DNA of 64,000 nt from an uncultured Gemmatimonadota bacterium (GTDB lineage: Bacteria; JAAXHH01). The DNA lies in contig OX638340.1 of assembly GCA_951812955.1 (NCBI GenBank), forward strand, positions 3,104,001 through 3,168,000, in the 5' to 3' direction. The position numbers and the translations under genes were made by a program. This document shows, in pieces, positions 1 to 9,851 of this stretch. Position 1 is the first letter of the stretch; each line of letters opens with the position of its first letter. The notes under the pieces were generated by a model. It worked only from the letters and a program-made list of their open reading frames with translations, searched no databases and was not told the DNA's origin.

Positions 1-16
1 CGTACTGGAGCCTATC

Positions 17-1351
17 GTGTTTGAAGAATTGACCGGCCGCATGGAGGTAATCGTCAGGAACCTTCGTGGCCAGGGCAAGCTGACGGAAAAGAACATCGAC
101 GACAGTCTCCGGCAGGTGCGCCGTGCCTTGCTGGAAGCCGATGTGAATTTCAAGGTCGCCCGTTCGTTCATCGATACGGTCAAGGAAAAGGCGCTGGGGC
201 AGGGCGTGTTGAAAAACCTGTCCCCGGGACAGCAGATGGTGGGCGTCGTCCACCGTGAGCTGATATCGCTGATGGGCGAGGAAGCCGCCGAGATCGCCTT
301 CGCGGAAACTTCCCCGACCATCGTCATGCTTGTCGGCCTGCAGGGATCCGGCAAGACGACGGCCACGGGGAAGCTCGCCCGATTCTTCCTCGATGCGGGC
401 CGCCGTCCCATGCTGGCCGCGGCGGACGTCTACCGGCCCGCGGCGGTGAAGCAGTTGCAGGTGCTGGGCGAACAACTGGGCGTTCCGGTCGTGTCCCTCG
501 GGGACGGCCGTTCACCCGAAACGATCTGCAGGGTCGCTGTGGACCGCGCCGGCCAGGAAGACTGCGACGTCGTCATGCTGGACACGGCGGGTCGCCTGCA
601 CGTCGATGAAGAAATGATGGAAGAACTGAGCGGGATTCGCGGGGCGGTCCATCCTCACGAGATTCTGCTTGTCGTGGACGGGATGACGGGCCAGGACGCG
701 GTCAACGTGGCCGAGGCCTTCGATCGGCGCCTCGACATCGACGGCTGCATCCTGACGAAAATGGACGGGGACGCCCGGGGCGGAGCGGCGCTGTCCATAC
801 GGCAGATTACCCGAAAGCCCATCAAGTTCGTGGGCGTCGGCGAGAAACTGGAAGCCCTGGAAGTGTTCCACCCCGAACGGATGGCTTCCCGGATCCTCGG
901 AATGGGCGACGTGGTCTCCCTGGTCGAACGGGCGCAGGCCACGATAGACGTGGAGGAAGCCCGAAAGCTCGAAACGAAGCTACGCAAGCAGACATTCAAT
1001 CTCGAGGATTTCCGGTCGCAACTCCAGCAACTGGGGAAAATGGGTTCCATGCAGGAACTGGTAGAGATGATGCCCGGTTTTAACAGGAAGGCGTTGAAGG
1101 GCATGGACATGGATGAGAAAGCGCTCGTTCGCATGGACGCCATACTGAGTTCCATGACCAAACATGAAAGGGCGCGCCCCGTGGTGATCAACGGCAGCAG
1201 GCGCCGCCGGATCGCACGGGGAAGCGGAACGAGCGTGCAGGAGGTGAATCAGTTACTGAAACAGTACAATATGATGCAGAAGATGATGAAGCAGTTAAAC
1301 CGGCCGGGCGCCCTCGAGCAGCTCGGTCAAAGGATGTTACCGTTCAGGTAG
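17..1351 (+). CDS. ffh: Signal recognition particle protein Ffh (GTPase)
   Basis: 444-aa ORF with a GTG start at position 17. The N-terminus MFEELTGRMEVIVRNLRGQGKLTE matches the Ffh N domain, and the P-loop GLQGSGKTT and DTAGR motifs are present. The Met-rich C-terminal M domain is typical. Confidence 0.95.
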   Translation: MFEELTGRMEVIVRNLRGQGKLTEKNIDDSLRQVRRALLEADVNFKVARSFIDTVKEKALGQGVLKNLSPGQQMVGVVHRELISLMGEEAAEIAFAETSPTIVMLVGLQGSGKTTATGKLARFFLDAGRRPMLAAADVYRPAAVKQLQVLGEQLGVPVVSLGDGRSPETICRVAVDRAGQEDCDVVMLDTAGRLHVDEEMMEELSGIRGAVHPHEILLVVDGMTGQDAVNVAEAFDRRLDIDGCILTKMDGDARGGAALSIRQITRKPIKFVGVGEKLEALEVFHPERMASRILGMGDVVSLVERAQATIDVEEARKLETKLRKQTFNLEDFRSQLQQLGKMGSMQELVEMMPGFNRKALKGMDMDEKALVRMDAILSSMTKHERARPVVINGSRRRRIARGSGTSVQEVNQLLKQYNMMQKMMKQLNRPGALEQLGQRMLPFR

Positions 1352-1366
1352 CAAAAGGAGCGAAAC

Positions 1367-1651
1367 ATGCCAGTGGCCATAAGGCTTCGGCGCACGGGAG
1401 CCAAGAAAAGACCGTTTTACCGGATCGTCGTAGCAGACAACCGCACCCGCCTGGGTGGGAAGTATATCGATAGCCTGGGCTACTACAACCCCATTTCGCC
1501 CGAACAGCTGGAGATGGACGTGGACAAGGCCGTCGATTGGCTCAACCGCGGCGCCCAGCCGAGCGACACCGTGCGGTCTCTTCTCGTGAAGAGCGGCGCG
1601 ATGGCGAAATGGCGCGGCATAGAACCGGCTGCGGCTGAAGCGGCGGAGTGA
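1367..1651 (+). CDS. rpsP: 30S ribosomal protein S16
   Basis: 94 aa starting MPVAIRLRRTGAKKRPFYRIVVADNR, which is canonical S16. An AAAGGAG RBS lies 6 nt upstream, and the gene sits in the conserved ffh-rpsP-rimM-trmD-rplS order. Confidence 0.95.
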   Translation: MPVAIRLRRTGAKKRPFYRIVVADNRTRLGGKYIDSLGYYNPISPEQLEMDVDKAVDWLNRGAQPSDTVRSLLVKSGAMAKWRGIEPAAAEAAE

Positions 1652-2205
1652 ACCGACGCGTAACCGGCGCCGGCTGGCCGGGGCGGGATGCAGTGAGCGC
1701 AGACTGGATCGATATCGGGTTCATCAGAAAACCCCATGGACTCAGGGGCTACGTACGGGTGGAAGGGTTGACGGACGCTCCGGACCGGTTCGAGGACCTT
1801 GACCGGATCGGCGTGGAACGTAAGGACGGCGAACGGGAAACGCTGGAGATCGAACGTTGCAGCCGGGATGGGAACGGCTGGCTGATGAAGTTCCTCGGGA
1901 TCGATACGACGGAGAACGCACAACGGCTTCGCGGAGCGTACATCCAGGTGCCCGAAGAAGCCGTCGCCCCGTTGCCCCGAGACGTCTACTACGTCTTCGA
2001 ACTCGAGGGCTGCGCGGTCGTTTCCGACGAGGGAGAAGAAATCGGAACCATCCGCGAGGTACTTTCCATGCCCGCCAACGACGTGTTCGTTGTGGACACG
2101 CCGGCAGGAGAAGCCATGATCCCGGCGGTCCGGGATATCGTCGTGGAATTCGATCCCGGGGGTGCCAGGATCGTCATTCGCAAGATACCGGGACTGATCT
2201 CGTAA
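1648..2205 (+). CDS. rimM: Ribosome maturation factor RimM
   Basis: The RimM N-terminus DWIDIGFIRKPHGLRGYVRVEGLTD is present, and there is a PRC-barrel C-terminus. The start is uncertain: GTG at 1648 overlaps the rpsP stop, and an alternative GTG lies at 1693. Confidence 0.85.
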   Translation: MNRRVTGAGWPGRDAVSADWIDIGFIRKPHGLRGYVRVEGLTDAPDRFEDLDRIGVERKDGERETLEIERCSRDGNGWLMKFLGIDTTENAQRLRGAYIQVPEEAVAPLPRDVYYVFELEGCAVVSDEGEEIGTIREVLSMPANDVFVVDTPAGEAMIPAVRDIVVEFDPGGARIVIRKIPGLIS

Positions 2206-2216
2206 CGGAACTGATC

Positions 2217-2972
2217 ATGAGAATCGACATACTTACGGCCTTTCCGGGTGTATTCGCGGGACCCTTCGGGGAGAGTATCGCGGGCCGGGCATGCAGACGG
2301 GACCTGGTGGATGTATTTATCCACGACCTGCGAGCTTTTACCTCGGACCGCCACAAGACCATCGATGACTACGCATACGGCGGAAGCCCGGGCATGGTGC
2401 TCAAGCCGGAGCCCATATTCCGGGGCGTAAGCCACATTCGACGGCAGGTGGACGGGGCGTCCACGGCGGACCGGACCCGTACCGTACTGTTGTCGGCCAG
2501 GGGCAGACCGTTCTTGCAGGAAACCGCAAAGGCCTTCGCGGAAATGGATCAGCTCGTCCTCATCTGCGGACACTACAAGGGTGTCGACGAACGCGTGGCC
2601 ACGGGACTGGGCGCCGATGAATATTCCGTGGGTGATTTCGTCGTCACCGGCGGTGAAATTCCGGCCATGATGATAGCGGACGCCGTGATCCGTCTCCTTC
2701 CCGGGACCCTGGGTGAAAAGGCGTCCGCGGTCACGGATTCGCACTACGATGGACTGCTTGGCAACGCCGTGTACACGCGGCCGGAGCGTTTCCATGACTG
2801 GGGCGTACCCCCGGTGCTGCTTTCCGGGCACCACGAGCGCATCGAAAAATGGGAGCGGCAAGACGCACTTAAGAAGACCTTTCAGCAACGGCCTGAATTA
2901 CTGAAGACCGTGGAATTGACCGGAGAGGACAGGACCTATCTGGAGACACTTCAACGGAACGAGAACGGATAG
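2217..2972 (+). CDS. trmD: tRNA (guanine37-N1)-methyltransferase TrmD
   Basis: An internal ATG at 2217 gives [13 protein letters not shown]...[17 protein letters not shown], the TrmD SPOUT fold. The longer ORF running in from 1857 would be a spurious N-terminal extension. Confidence 0.93.
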   Translation: MRIDILTAFPGVFAGPFGESIAGRACRRDLVDVFIHDLRAFTSDRHKTIDDYAYGGSPGMVLKPEPIFRGVSHIRRQVDGASTADRTRTVLLSARGRPFLQETAKAFAEMDQLVLICGHYKGVDERVATGLGADEYSVGDFVVTGGEIPAMMIADAVIRLLPGTLGEKASAVTDSHYDGLLGNAVYTRPERFHDWGVPPVLLSGHHERIEKWERQDALKKTFQQRPELLKTVELTGEDRTYLETLQRNENG

Positions 2973-3010
2973 CACCACCCGCGATCGTTCGAAAGGACGC
3001 GAGCAGAACC

Positions 3011-3355
3011 ATGGAAGCACTAGATACGATCACCCGGGACCAGTTGCGGACCGACCTGCCCGAATTCCGATCGGGAGACACCATACGGGTGGAGGTCAAA
3101 GTCCGCGAAGGCGACAAGGAACGCGTACAGCTCTACCAGGGCGTGGTCATCCAGCAGTCCGGCCACGGCATCGGCGAGACGATTACGGTTCGCAAGATTT
3201 CACAGGGCATCGGCGTCGAGCGGATCTTCCCGCTGCATTCGCCATCGATCGGCAAGATCCAGGTGTTGCGCCGGGGCAAAGTAAGGAAATCTCGGATCTA
3301 CTACCTGAGGAAGCTGAGGGGCAAGGCCGCGCGGATCGCCGAACGGCGCAATTGA
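3011..3355 (+). CDS. rplS: 50S ribosomal protein L19
   Basis: 114 aa with the L19 signature ...[26 protein letters not shown]... and in the expected position after trmD. Confidence 0.95.
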   Translation: MEALDTITRDQLRTDLPEFRSGDTIRVEVKVREGDKERVQLYQGVVIQQSGHGIGETITVRKISQGIGVERIFPLHSPSIGKIQVLRRGKVRKSRIYYLRKLRGKAARIAERRN

Positions 3356-3399
3356 GCGTGGCGTCGGCCGACGCGGAACGGGAAAGACTCCGGGCAATG

Positions 3400-4002
3400 G
3401 CCGTCCTCGAACGATCCCTCCTAGGCCGCGGCGTCAGGCGCGCGGCCGGAATCGACGAAGCCGGGAGGGGTGCCCTGGCCGGTCCCGTGGTCGCGGCCGC
3501 CGTGATTTTGCCGGACGATGCCATGATTCCGGGCCTGGACGATTCGAAACGCCTCTCTCCCGCTAAACGGGACGCGCTTTTCGACAAAATCACGGGCATC
3601 GCCACGGCAATCGGCGTCGGCCGTATCGAAGCGGCCGAGATCGACGCCGTGAACATCCGCCGCGCGAACCTCCTCGCCATGAAGGAAGCCGTGGAAGCCC
3701 TTGTACCGCCCCCCGGACATCTGCTCATCGACGGGATCGACGCGATCGACTGGCAGGGCCCCCAGACCACCGTGGTGGGAGGCGACGCGAGCAGTATCTC
3801 CATCGCGGCCGCCTCCATCATCGCGAAGGTGACCCGTGACCGTATCATGGTAGCCAGCGACCCGGTATTCCCCGAGTACGGTTTCGCCCGTCACAAGGGC
3901 TACGGCACGGCGGCGCACCTGGCAGCGCTCGAGGCCCATGGTCCTTCGGCCGCGCATCGGCGTTCTTTCCTGCGGAAGAGATTCAATTTCGACCCGGCCT
4001 GA
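3400..4002 (+). CDS. rnhB: Ribonuclease HII
   Basis: Contains the GIDEAGRGALAGPVVAAAVIL active-site motif. A start at the ATG at 3400 (MAVLERSLL) gives about 200 aa, the usual RNase HII size. Confidence 0.9.
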   Translation, partial: AVLERSLLGRGVRRAAGIDEAGRGALAGPVVAAAVILPDDAMIPGLDDSKRLSPAKRDALFDKITGIATAIGVGRIEAAEIDAVNIRRANLLAMKEAVEALVPPPGHLLIDGIDAIDWQGPQTTVVGGDASSISIAAASIIAKVTRDRIMVASDPVFPEYGFARHKGYGTAAHLAALEAHGPSAAHRRSFLRKRFNFDPA

Positions 4003-4070
4003 CACCGGTCCGGTTTGTTACAACGGTCTACCGGCCCGCGTTCATCCCGGACATCAGACCCGCAAAAACC

Positions 4071-4445
4071 ATGGCAGAATCTACGCATACCCGGGGATCA
4101 CGCGGCGAGTCCATCGCGGAAGCGTTCCTGTGCCGGAAGGGCCATGCCGTACTGGCCAGGAACTTCAGGGATCCCGCCTCGCGATGCGAGATCGACCTCG
4201 TCACCAGGGACGGAGACGAACTCGTCTTCGTGGAAGTCAAGGCCGGCACCGGCCGGCGGTTCGGCGATCCTCAATCCTGGGTGAACGCGCGGAAACAGCG
4301 GCATATCGCCCGGGCCGCCCGCCGGTTCCTGCAGGATGGAAGCTTGCACGATACACCGTGCCGGTTCGATGTCGTCGGAATAGATCTGTCGCTGGATCCT
4401 CCCCGCGTAACGCACCTGGAACACGCGTTCTGGAGTGCCGGTTGA
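4071..4445 (+). CDS. yraN: YraN-family (UPF0102) putative endonuclease
   Basis: 124 aa with GESIAEAFLCRKGHAVLARNFR...EIDLVTRDGDELVFVEVKA, the restriction-endonuclease-like fold typical of YraN. It is also in the conserved position after rnhB. Confidence 0.8.
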   Translation: MAESTHTRGSRGESIAEAFLCRKGHAVLARNFRDPASRCEIDLVTRDGDELVFVEVKAGTGRRFGDPQSWVNARKQRHIARAARRFLQDGSLHDTPCRFDVVGIDLSLDPPRVTHLEHAFWSAG

Positions 4446-4530
4446 TGGAATTCGGCTGCCTTAAGGCAAACGATCGGCGGCGATTCTCCCGTTTCGGATG
4501 CACGGAAGGGAACAGTCGGGGCGGCATGCC

Positions 4531-5748
4531 ATGCTGAGACCACGCAATGCGCTGAAAGTCCTCGCCGCGGGATGTGTTCTGCTCTGGATCGTGGATGGTT
4601 TCCTGATTATCCGCGCCGAATCTCCCCGCCCCGCACCGTCCCCTGACTCCGGGCCCGATGCGTCCGCCGGATCCGCGGCGTCCGCCGGATTCCGGTCCGG
4701 TACGCGCTACGCGGGCGCAATCCACGTACATTCCACCTACTCCGACGGGGGCGGCACGGTCGCGGATATCGTCCGGGCCGGACAGCGCACGGGACTGGAC
4801 TTCGTGGTGCTGACCGACCACGATACGCTGCAGCCCCGGTTCGACGGCCACCAGGGATACCATGACGGGCTGCTGCTGATCGTCGGCGAGGAAGTCAATA
4901 CCAGCGCGGGACACCTGCTGGCCCTCGGTGTGGGAAGGGACGTGGATCAGCGGGGACCGCTGGGATTACCCGCGTTGGTCAGGGAAATATCGGACGCGGG
5001 CGGCCTGTCCATCGCGGCCCATCCCACGGGCCGCCGGCCCTGGACAGACTGGACCCTGGAGGAGATGGACGGACTGGAGCTGCTCAACGCAGACTCCGAA
5101 TGGCGGGACGACGGCGTGCTGGAACTGGCGCGGGCCGTCGTTTTCCTGCCGTTCCTGCCCGACGGCGTATTCAACAGCCTCATCGACCGTCCCGACGAGG
5201 CCATCCGGCTTTGGACGCATCGCGCGCTGCACCAGCCAGTGACCGTGATCGGCAGCGTGGACGCCCACGAGCGCATTCCGCTCTGGGGCGAACGCCACTT
5301 GTCCTTCCCAACCTACGAGCGTCTGTTCGGTCTGATACGGACCTACGTGATAACGGACACCGAACTGACCGGCGACGCGGAAATAGATGAGGCGATGCTG
5401 GTGGACGCGATCCGGCGCGGGAGCTGTTATCTGGTGCTGGAAGGCTACGAACCTGCGCCGGCCTTTTCCTTCGAACTCACCAGAGGAGCAATAAGAACGC
5501 CCATGGGGTCCAGTGTCGGTTTTCAGGAAGGTGAACGGATACACGTAACTGCGCCATCATCCGGCCCGGTACGCATAAGGTTGTATAGAAACGAATTGCC
5601 GCTGATCGAGACCGAAGGCCATGAACTGTTCGTGGAGGTCCCCGGTCCGGGAGTTTACCACACCGAAGTCTACCAACAGCGCGGAACCCTGCTGCGCGGC
5701 GAGCGTCAGAGACTCTGGATCATATCAAACGCGATCCGGGTGGAGTAG
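4531..5748 (+). CDS. PHP-domain (CehA/McbA-like) metal-dependent phosphoesterase with N-terminal membrane anchor or signal
   Basis: HVHSTYSDGGGTVADIVRAGQRTGLDFVVLTDHD is the PHP-domain histidine motif. An N-terminal hydrophobic segment LKVLAAGCVLLWIV is present. The start is probably MLRPRNAL at 4531. Confidence 0.7.
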   Translation: MLRPRNALKVLAAGCVLLWIVDGFLIIRAESPRPAPSPDSGPDASAGSAASAGFRSGTRYAGAIHVHSTYSDGGGTVADIVRAGQRTGLDFVVLTDHDTLQPRFDGHQGYHDGLLLIVGEEVNTSAGHLLALGVGRDVDQRGPLGLPALVREISDAGGLSIAAHPTGRRPWTDWTLEEMDGLELLNADSEWRDDGVLELARAVVFLPFLPDGVFNSLIDRPDEAIRLWTHRALHQPVTVIGSVDAHERIPLWGERHLSFPTYERLFGLIRTYVITDTELTGDAEIDEAMLVDAIRRGSCYLVLEGYEPAPAFSFELTRGAIRTPMGSSVGFQEGERIHVTAPSSGPVRIRLYRNELPLIETEGHELFVEVPGPGVYHTEVYQQRGTLLRGERQRLWIISNAIRVE

Positions 5749-5833
5749 GTCGCTCCTCCCGCATTGGAGTAGGTTCCTCCCGCATTGGAGCAGGTCGCTC
5801 CTCCCGCATTGGAGCAGGTCGCTCCTTCCGCCT
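5749..5833. repeat. Tandem repeat of 4 units of 21-24 bp (GGAGYAGGTYGCTCCTCCCGCATT) in a convergent intergenic gap
   Basis: Read directly from the sequence: ggagtaggtcgctcctcccgcatt / ggagtaggttcctcccgcatt / ggagcaggtcgctcctcccgcatt / ggagcaggtcgctccttccgcctgg. It lies between the stop of the PHP gene (5748) and the stop of pyrC (5842). Confidence 0.85.
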
Positions 5834-5841
5834 GGACCGGC

Positions 5842-6851
5842 CTAATGCACGTCCGCCACCGTCCAGTCCAGTTTCCTTCCAGGATACATGGGGATGACGT
5901 CGCCGTACCGCTCAGGTATGACCGCCCCTGTTTTTTCGAACACCACGGTTTTCTCCGGCGGCGCGACGCCGTAGATCCGTTGCGCGTTGTCCGAGACGAA
6001 GGCCTGCAACTGGTCCAGCGCGCCGTTTTCTTCGAAAAGTCCGACGAGCATCTGAAGGGCCACGGGGGCGGTGAAGACCCCGGCGGCGCAGCCGGCGCAC
6101 TCTTTCCTGTCAACCGGGTGCGGCGCGGAATCGCTGCCGAAGGCCAGCTTGGGGTGGGCTTCGAGGGCCCGTGCGAGAAGCGCGTCGCGGTCTTCCGGCC
6201 GCTTGGCGATCGGCTTGCAGAAGAGGTGGGGATTGAGCAGGCCGCCCGCCACGTCGTCCAGGGTGATCAGCAGGTGCTGCAGGGTGACGGTCGCGTACAG
6301 GTTCTCGTGACGGTCCAACAGCGCGGCGGCCTCCAGCGTCGTGATGTGTTCCATGACGATGTCCAGCCGGGGGAAACGCGCGGCCAGATCTTCGTAGACC
6401 GGGAGGAACGCGCGCTCGCGGTCCAGCACGAAATCCGACGTTTCACCGTGAACCATCAAACGGATTCCCATTTCCTCCATGCTGGCCAGGGTATCCTCCA
6501 CGTCGCGGAGGTTGCCGACCCCTGTGTCGCTGTGGGTAGTGACGCCCTCCGGGTACAGCTTGACACCGATGATCCGGTCCTTCATCGAGGCCAGTTCCTT
6601 TTCGGTATAGGGCCGCATGAACAGGGTCATGTACGGTTCGAAGGCGTGGCCGGCCACGGCCGTCCTGACTTCGGCCGCGTACCGTTCCAGCCGGCCGAAA
6701 TCATCCACCGGAGGCACCAGGTTGGGCATGATCACACCGCCGGCGAAGGTCCTGGCGCTCAACGGCGCCACGCGCCTCAGCATATCGCCTTCGCGGAAGT
6801 GGATGTGCATGTCCAGGGGGGAATGGAGGAAGCAGGTCGGGTTCGTCATGG
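5842..6851 (-). CDS. pyrC: Dihydroorotase, class II (homodimeric type)
   Basis: [48 protein letters not shown] parallels the E. coli PyrC N-terminus (DWHLHLRDGDML...VMPNLAPPV). The start is the ATG at 6851; the longer ORF to 7188 is an upstream extension. Confidence 0.85.
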
Positions 6852-6884
6852 GAAGAGCAGGATTCCGAATTACGCCATTTGAAT

Positions 6885-7979
6885 TCAGGGGACGGGGTCG
6901 TAGAAGGGCAGGTCCGCGATTTCGGCGACGGCCGTGCCGCCGCTTACCTCGACGTCCAACGGTCCGCCCGACTCCCTGTATCTGCGCCGGATGAATCCCA
7001 GCGCGATGATCTTGTTTACGGCCCTTCCATGCACGGCCGTCGTGATCCAGCCGGCATCCTTCCCATCCTGCCGAATCGCGGCATCTCGTTCGGGCAGCGT
7101 TTCCCCTTCGATGACCAGACCCGAGAGCAACCTGTTGGGACGCCCACGGTGCTCCATCATCACGACGGGCTCCTGCCCGACGTAGCATCCCTTGGTGAAA
7201 CTGACCGCCCGGTCTTTCACCGCCTCGTTGGGGATGATCCGGCCGTCCAGTTCCGCCGTACAGCGGGGAATGCCGGCTTCCACGCGCAGTACCTCCAGGG
7301 TCTCGTGTCCGATAGGGACGCAGTCGCCGCCGTCTCCGCAGTCGCCGCCGTCTCCGCTGAGCAACGCTTTCCAGGCTTCGTCTGCGCTTCCGGCGGGGAC
7401 GTAAACGTCATAGTCTCTTTCACCCGTGCGGTGGGACCGCGCTACGGTCAGGGACAGGCCGTTCCACGCCAACTCGACGTGTCCGCAGGGCGGCAGGCGG
7501 TCCAGGGGACCGGACAGGCGCCGGATGCAGTCGTCCGCCCGTCTCCCATACAGGCCGATCAATCCGTACTGCGAGGTGACGTCCGTGATCTCGACGTCGT
7601 CCATGAGCGCGTACCGATCGAGCGTGTCCCGGAGAACGCCCGCCATCCCCGGCTCCACGTCGATGAGCAGGTCCTCTTCCCGGACATAGACCGACATGTC
7701 CGAGATGATCTTACCCTGGGGCGTCAGCATGCAGGCATAGACGCCCTCTCCGGCGTCCAGGCCTTCCACGTCGTTGGTCACCACGCGGTGCAGGAAGCGC
7801 TGCCGGTCCGCGCCGGTCATTCGCAGTTTGCCGCGGCAGGACAGGTCGCACAGGCCGGCGGCGGTCCGGACGGCGCGGTACTCGGCGGCGGCGTCTCCGT
7901 AGTGTAGCACGGACACCCGGCCCTGGAAGTCCCCGGATACCGCGCCGAAATCGTCGTGTGAAATGTACGTTGCGCTCAT
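6885..7979 (-). CDS. GcvT-family aminomethyltransferase-like folate-binding protein (GcvT/YgfZ family)
   Basis: 364 aa. It has the GcvT-like N-terminus [32 protein letters not shown] and a C-terminal barrel. It also carries an internal [12 protein letters not shown] insertion encoded by an 18-bp tandem repeat at about 7318-7360. Confidence 0.65.
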   Translation of the reverse strand: MSATYISHDDFGAVSGDFQGRVSVLHYGDAAAEYRAVRTAAGLCDLSCRGKLRMTGADRQRFLHRVVTNDVEGLDAGEGVYACMLTPQGKIISDMSVYVREEDLLIDVEPGMAGVLRDTLDRYALMDDVEITDVTSQYGLIGLYGRRADDCIRRLSGPLDRLPPCGHVELAWNGLSLTVARSHRTGERDYDVYVPAGSADEAWKALLSGDGGDCGDGGDCVPIGHETLEVLRVEAGIPRCTAELDGRIIPNEAVKDRAVSFTKGCYVGQEPVVMMEHRGRPNRLLSGLVIEGETLPERDAAIRQDGKDAGWITTAVHGRAVNKIIALGFIRRRYRESGGPLDVEVSGGTAVAEIADLPFYDPVP

Positions 7980-8104
7980 CGGTCGCCCGGAGTTTGCTTT
8001 CGGCTTGAGACATCGGCTTAAACACAGCGAAATCGCAATGTATCAATGCGCCCGGCCCGCGCTTCTGTCAATCGATATTTTCGGTTCGGCAGGGGCCTTT
8101 TGGG

Positions 8105-8133
8105 TTGACACTTCGCCGTCTTTTCGTTATGCT
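8105..8133 (+). promoter_or_regulatory. Sigma-70-type promoter (TTGACA-N17-TATGCT) upstream of glyQS
   Basis: Read from the sequence: ttgaca cttcgccgtcttttcgt tatgct, about 75 nt upstream of the glyQS start. Confidence 0.55.
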
Positions 8134-8210
8134 GATCGCGTTGTTTGCGGCATGCCGGAAGCGCCGCACTACCTGTCGTCTTCCCTTGAATAGTATAGGA
8201 AAGGATCGCG

Positions 8211-9809
8211 GTGCCTGCCGTCTCGCTGGAACAGCTCGTTTCGCTTTGCAAACGCCGCGGAATCATCTACCCGGGTTCCGAAATATACGGCGGGTTGCAG
8301 GGTCTGTACGATTACGGCCCGGTGGGCGTCGAGCTGAAGAACAACATCGTGGACTCCTGGTGGCGAAAGAACGTCTATGAACGCGATGACATGGAAGGGC
8401 TCGACAGCGCCATCCTGATGAACCCGCAGACCTGGAAGTATTCGGGTCACGAGGAAACCTTCGTCGATCCCCTGGTGGACTGCCGGAAATGCCAGGGACG
8501 CTGGCGCGCCGACCAGGTTGGAGGAGCCTGCCCGTCGTGCGGTTCCACGGACCTGACCGAACCGCGGCCCTTCAACCTGATGTTCAAGACCCAGGTGGGC
8601 CCTGTCTCGGAGGAGGACGCGTACGCCTATCTGCGTCCCGAGACCGCCCAGGGCATTTTCGTTAATTTCAACAACGTGCTGACCACCACGGCACGCAAGC
8701 TGCCCTTCGGCATCGCGCAGGTGGGCAAGGGGTTCCGCAACGAGATCAATCCCCGCAACTTCCTGTTCCGCGTGCGTGAATTCGACATGCTGGAAATCGA
8801 ATTCTTCGTCCATCCCGGCACGGAGGACGAATGGCAGGACCGGTGGCTGGAAGACCGGCTCGACTGGTGGGAGCACATCGGGGTAGGCCGCGACGCCATC
8901 CGGATCCTGGATGTGCCGCGGGAGGACCTCGCCCACTACTCCAAGAAGACCTACGACCTGATGTACCGGTATCCCTCCCTCGGCTACGAGGAACTGGAGG
9001 GCATTGCCAGCCGGACGGATTTCGATCTGGGTTCGCACACGCGGTACCAGGAGCAGTACGATCTCACGGCGGACGTGGCGGAGAACCCGTCCAGCACGAC
9101 GCGGCTGTCCTACTTCGATCCGCAGGCGAACCGCCACGTGATCCCCTTCGTGGTCGAGCCGTCGGCGGGTGTCGGACGCTGCCTGCTGGCCGTGCTCAGC
9201 GAGGCCTACGATGAACCCATGGTCAAGGCGCCGCCCGGGGATAAACTCGAGGGCGTCAAGGACGGGCTGGAGGCATTCAATGCGTCCGTCTCGAAGAACA
9301 AGAAGCTGCCCGCGGAGGCGCGTGAATCCATGCTGGCCTTCGGGGAGTCCATCGCCGGTGAACTGCCCGAAAGCATGCCGCGCATCGATGCGCTCCTGGC
9401 CATACCCGGCGCCGACCGGATCAAGGAGGGCAAGACGCTTAGGAACCTGTCGCAGAAGGTCATCGGCGACCACTACCGGACGGTGTTGCGGCTCAGGCCC
9501 CACCTGGCCCCGGTCAAGGTGGCAGTCTTCCCCCTGAAGCGGACCGACGAGCGTCTGGCATCCACGGCCCGGGAGATACGCAAGTCGCTGCAGACCGGTG
9601 GCAGGATCCGCACGGTCTACGACGATACGGGCGCCATCGGCAAGCTCTACAGGCGCCAGGACGAAATCGGCACGCCGCTCTGCGTCACGGTCGATTTCCA
9701 GACGATCGACGATCAGGCGGTGACGGTCCGCGACCGGGATACCATGGTGCAGGACCGGGTTTCCATCAATGAACTGAAGGATTACGTAGAAGAAAAGCTC
9801 GCGTCATGA
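8211..9809 (+). CDS. glyQS: Glycine--tRNA ligase (class II, alpha2 dimeric type)
   Basis: The N-terminus LVSLCKRRGIIYPGSEIYGGLQGLYDYGPVGVELKNNI is diagnostic of alpha2 GlyRS. Class II motifs and the C-terminal anticodon-binding domain are present. Confidence 0.9.
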   Translation: MPAVSLEQLVSLCKRRGIIYPGSEIYGGLQGLYDYGPVGVELKNNIVDSWWRKNVYERDDMEGLDSAILMNPQTWKYSGHEETFVDPLVDCRKCQGRWRADQVGGACPSCGSTDLTEPRPFNLMFKTQVGPVSEEDAYAYLRPETAQGIFVNFNNVLTTTARKLPFGIAQVGKGFRNEINPRNFLFRVREFDMLEIEFFVHPGTEDEWQDRWLEDRLDWWEHIGVGRDAIRILDVPREDLAHYSKKTYDLMYRYPSLGYEELEGIASRTDFDLGSHTRYQEQYDLTADVAENPSSTTRLSYFDPQANRHVIPFVVEPSAGVGRCLLAVLSEAYDEPMVKAPPGDKLEGVKDGLEAFNASVSKNKKLPAEARESMLAFGESIAGELPESMPRIDALLAIPGADRIKEGKTLRNLSQKVIGDHYRTVLRLRPHLAPVKVAVFPLKRTDERLASTAREIRKSLQTGGRIRTVYDDTGAIGKLYRRQDEIGTPLCVTVDFQTIDDQAVTVRDRDTMVQDRVSINELKDYVEEKLAS

Positions 9810-9851
9810 CGGGATCGCCTCCGAGGCGAACGGGACCGAAAGGAGCAACAC

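Noticed and set aside
1857-2972. 371-aa long form of trmD; similarly long forms of selA (to 24480), pyrC (to 7188), the M23 gene (from 32917) and miaB (from 35885)
   Set aside because: Upstream extensions are low-complexity, overlap neighbouring genes and lack homology. Internal ATGs with RBSs give products of canonical length.
5749-5833. CRISPR-like or tRNA-like element in the 24-bp tandem repeats
   Set aside because: There are no unique spacers between units and only 4 copies of directly abutting repeats. No cloverleaf could be drawn.
8169-9503. 444-aa minus-strand ORF antisense to glyQS, plus many similar long antisense ORFs (e.g. 5785-6882 +, 10182-11189 -, 11518-12609 -, 42009-43124 +, 55065-57650 +, 22639-24051 +, 6879-7907 +)
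   Set aside because: They are typical high-GC antisense open frames. Their products are Arg/Pro/Gly-rich with low complexity. Each overlaps a well-supported gene on the other strand that has clear homology.
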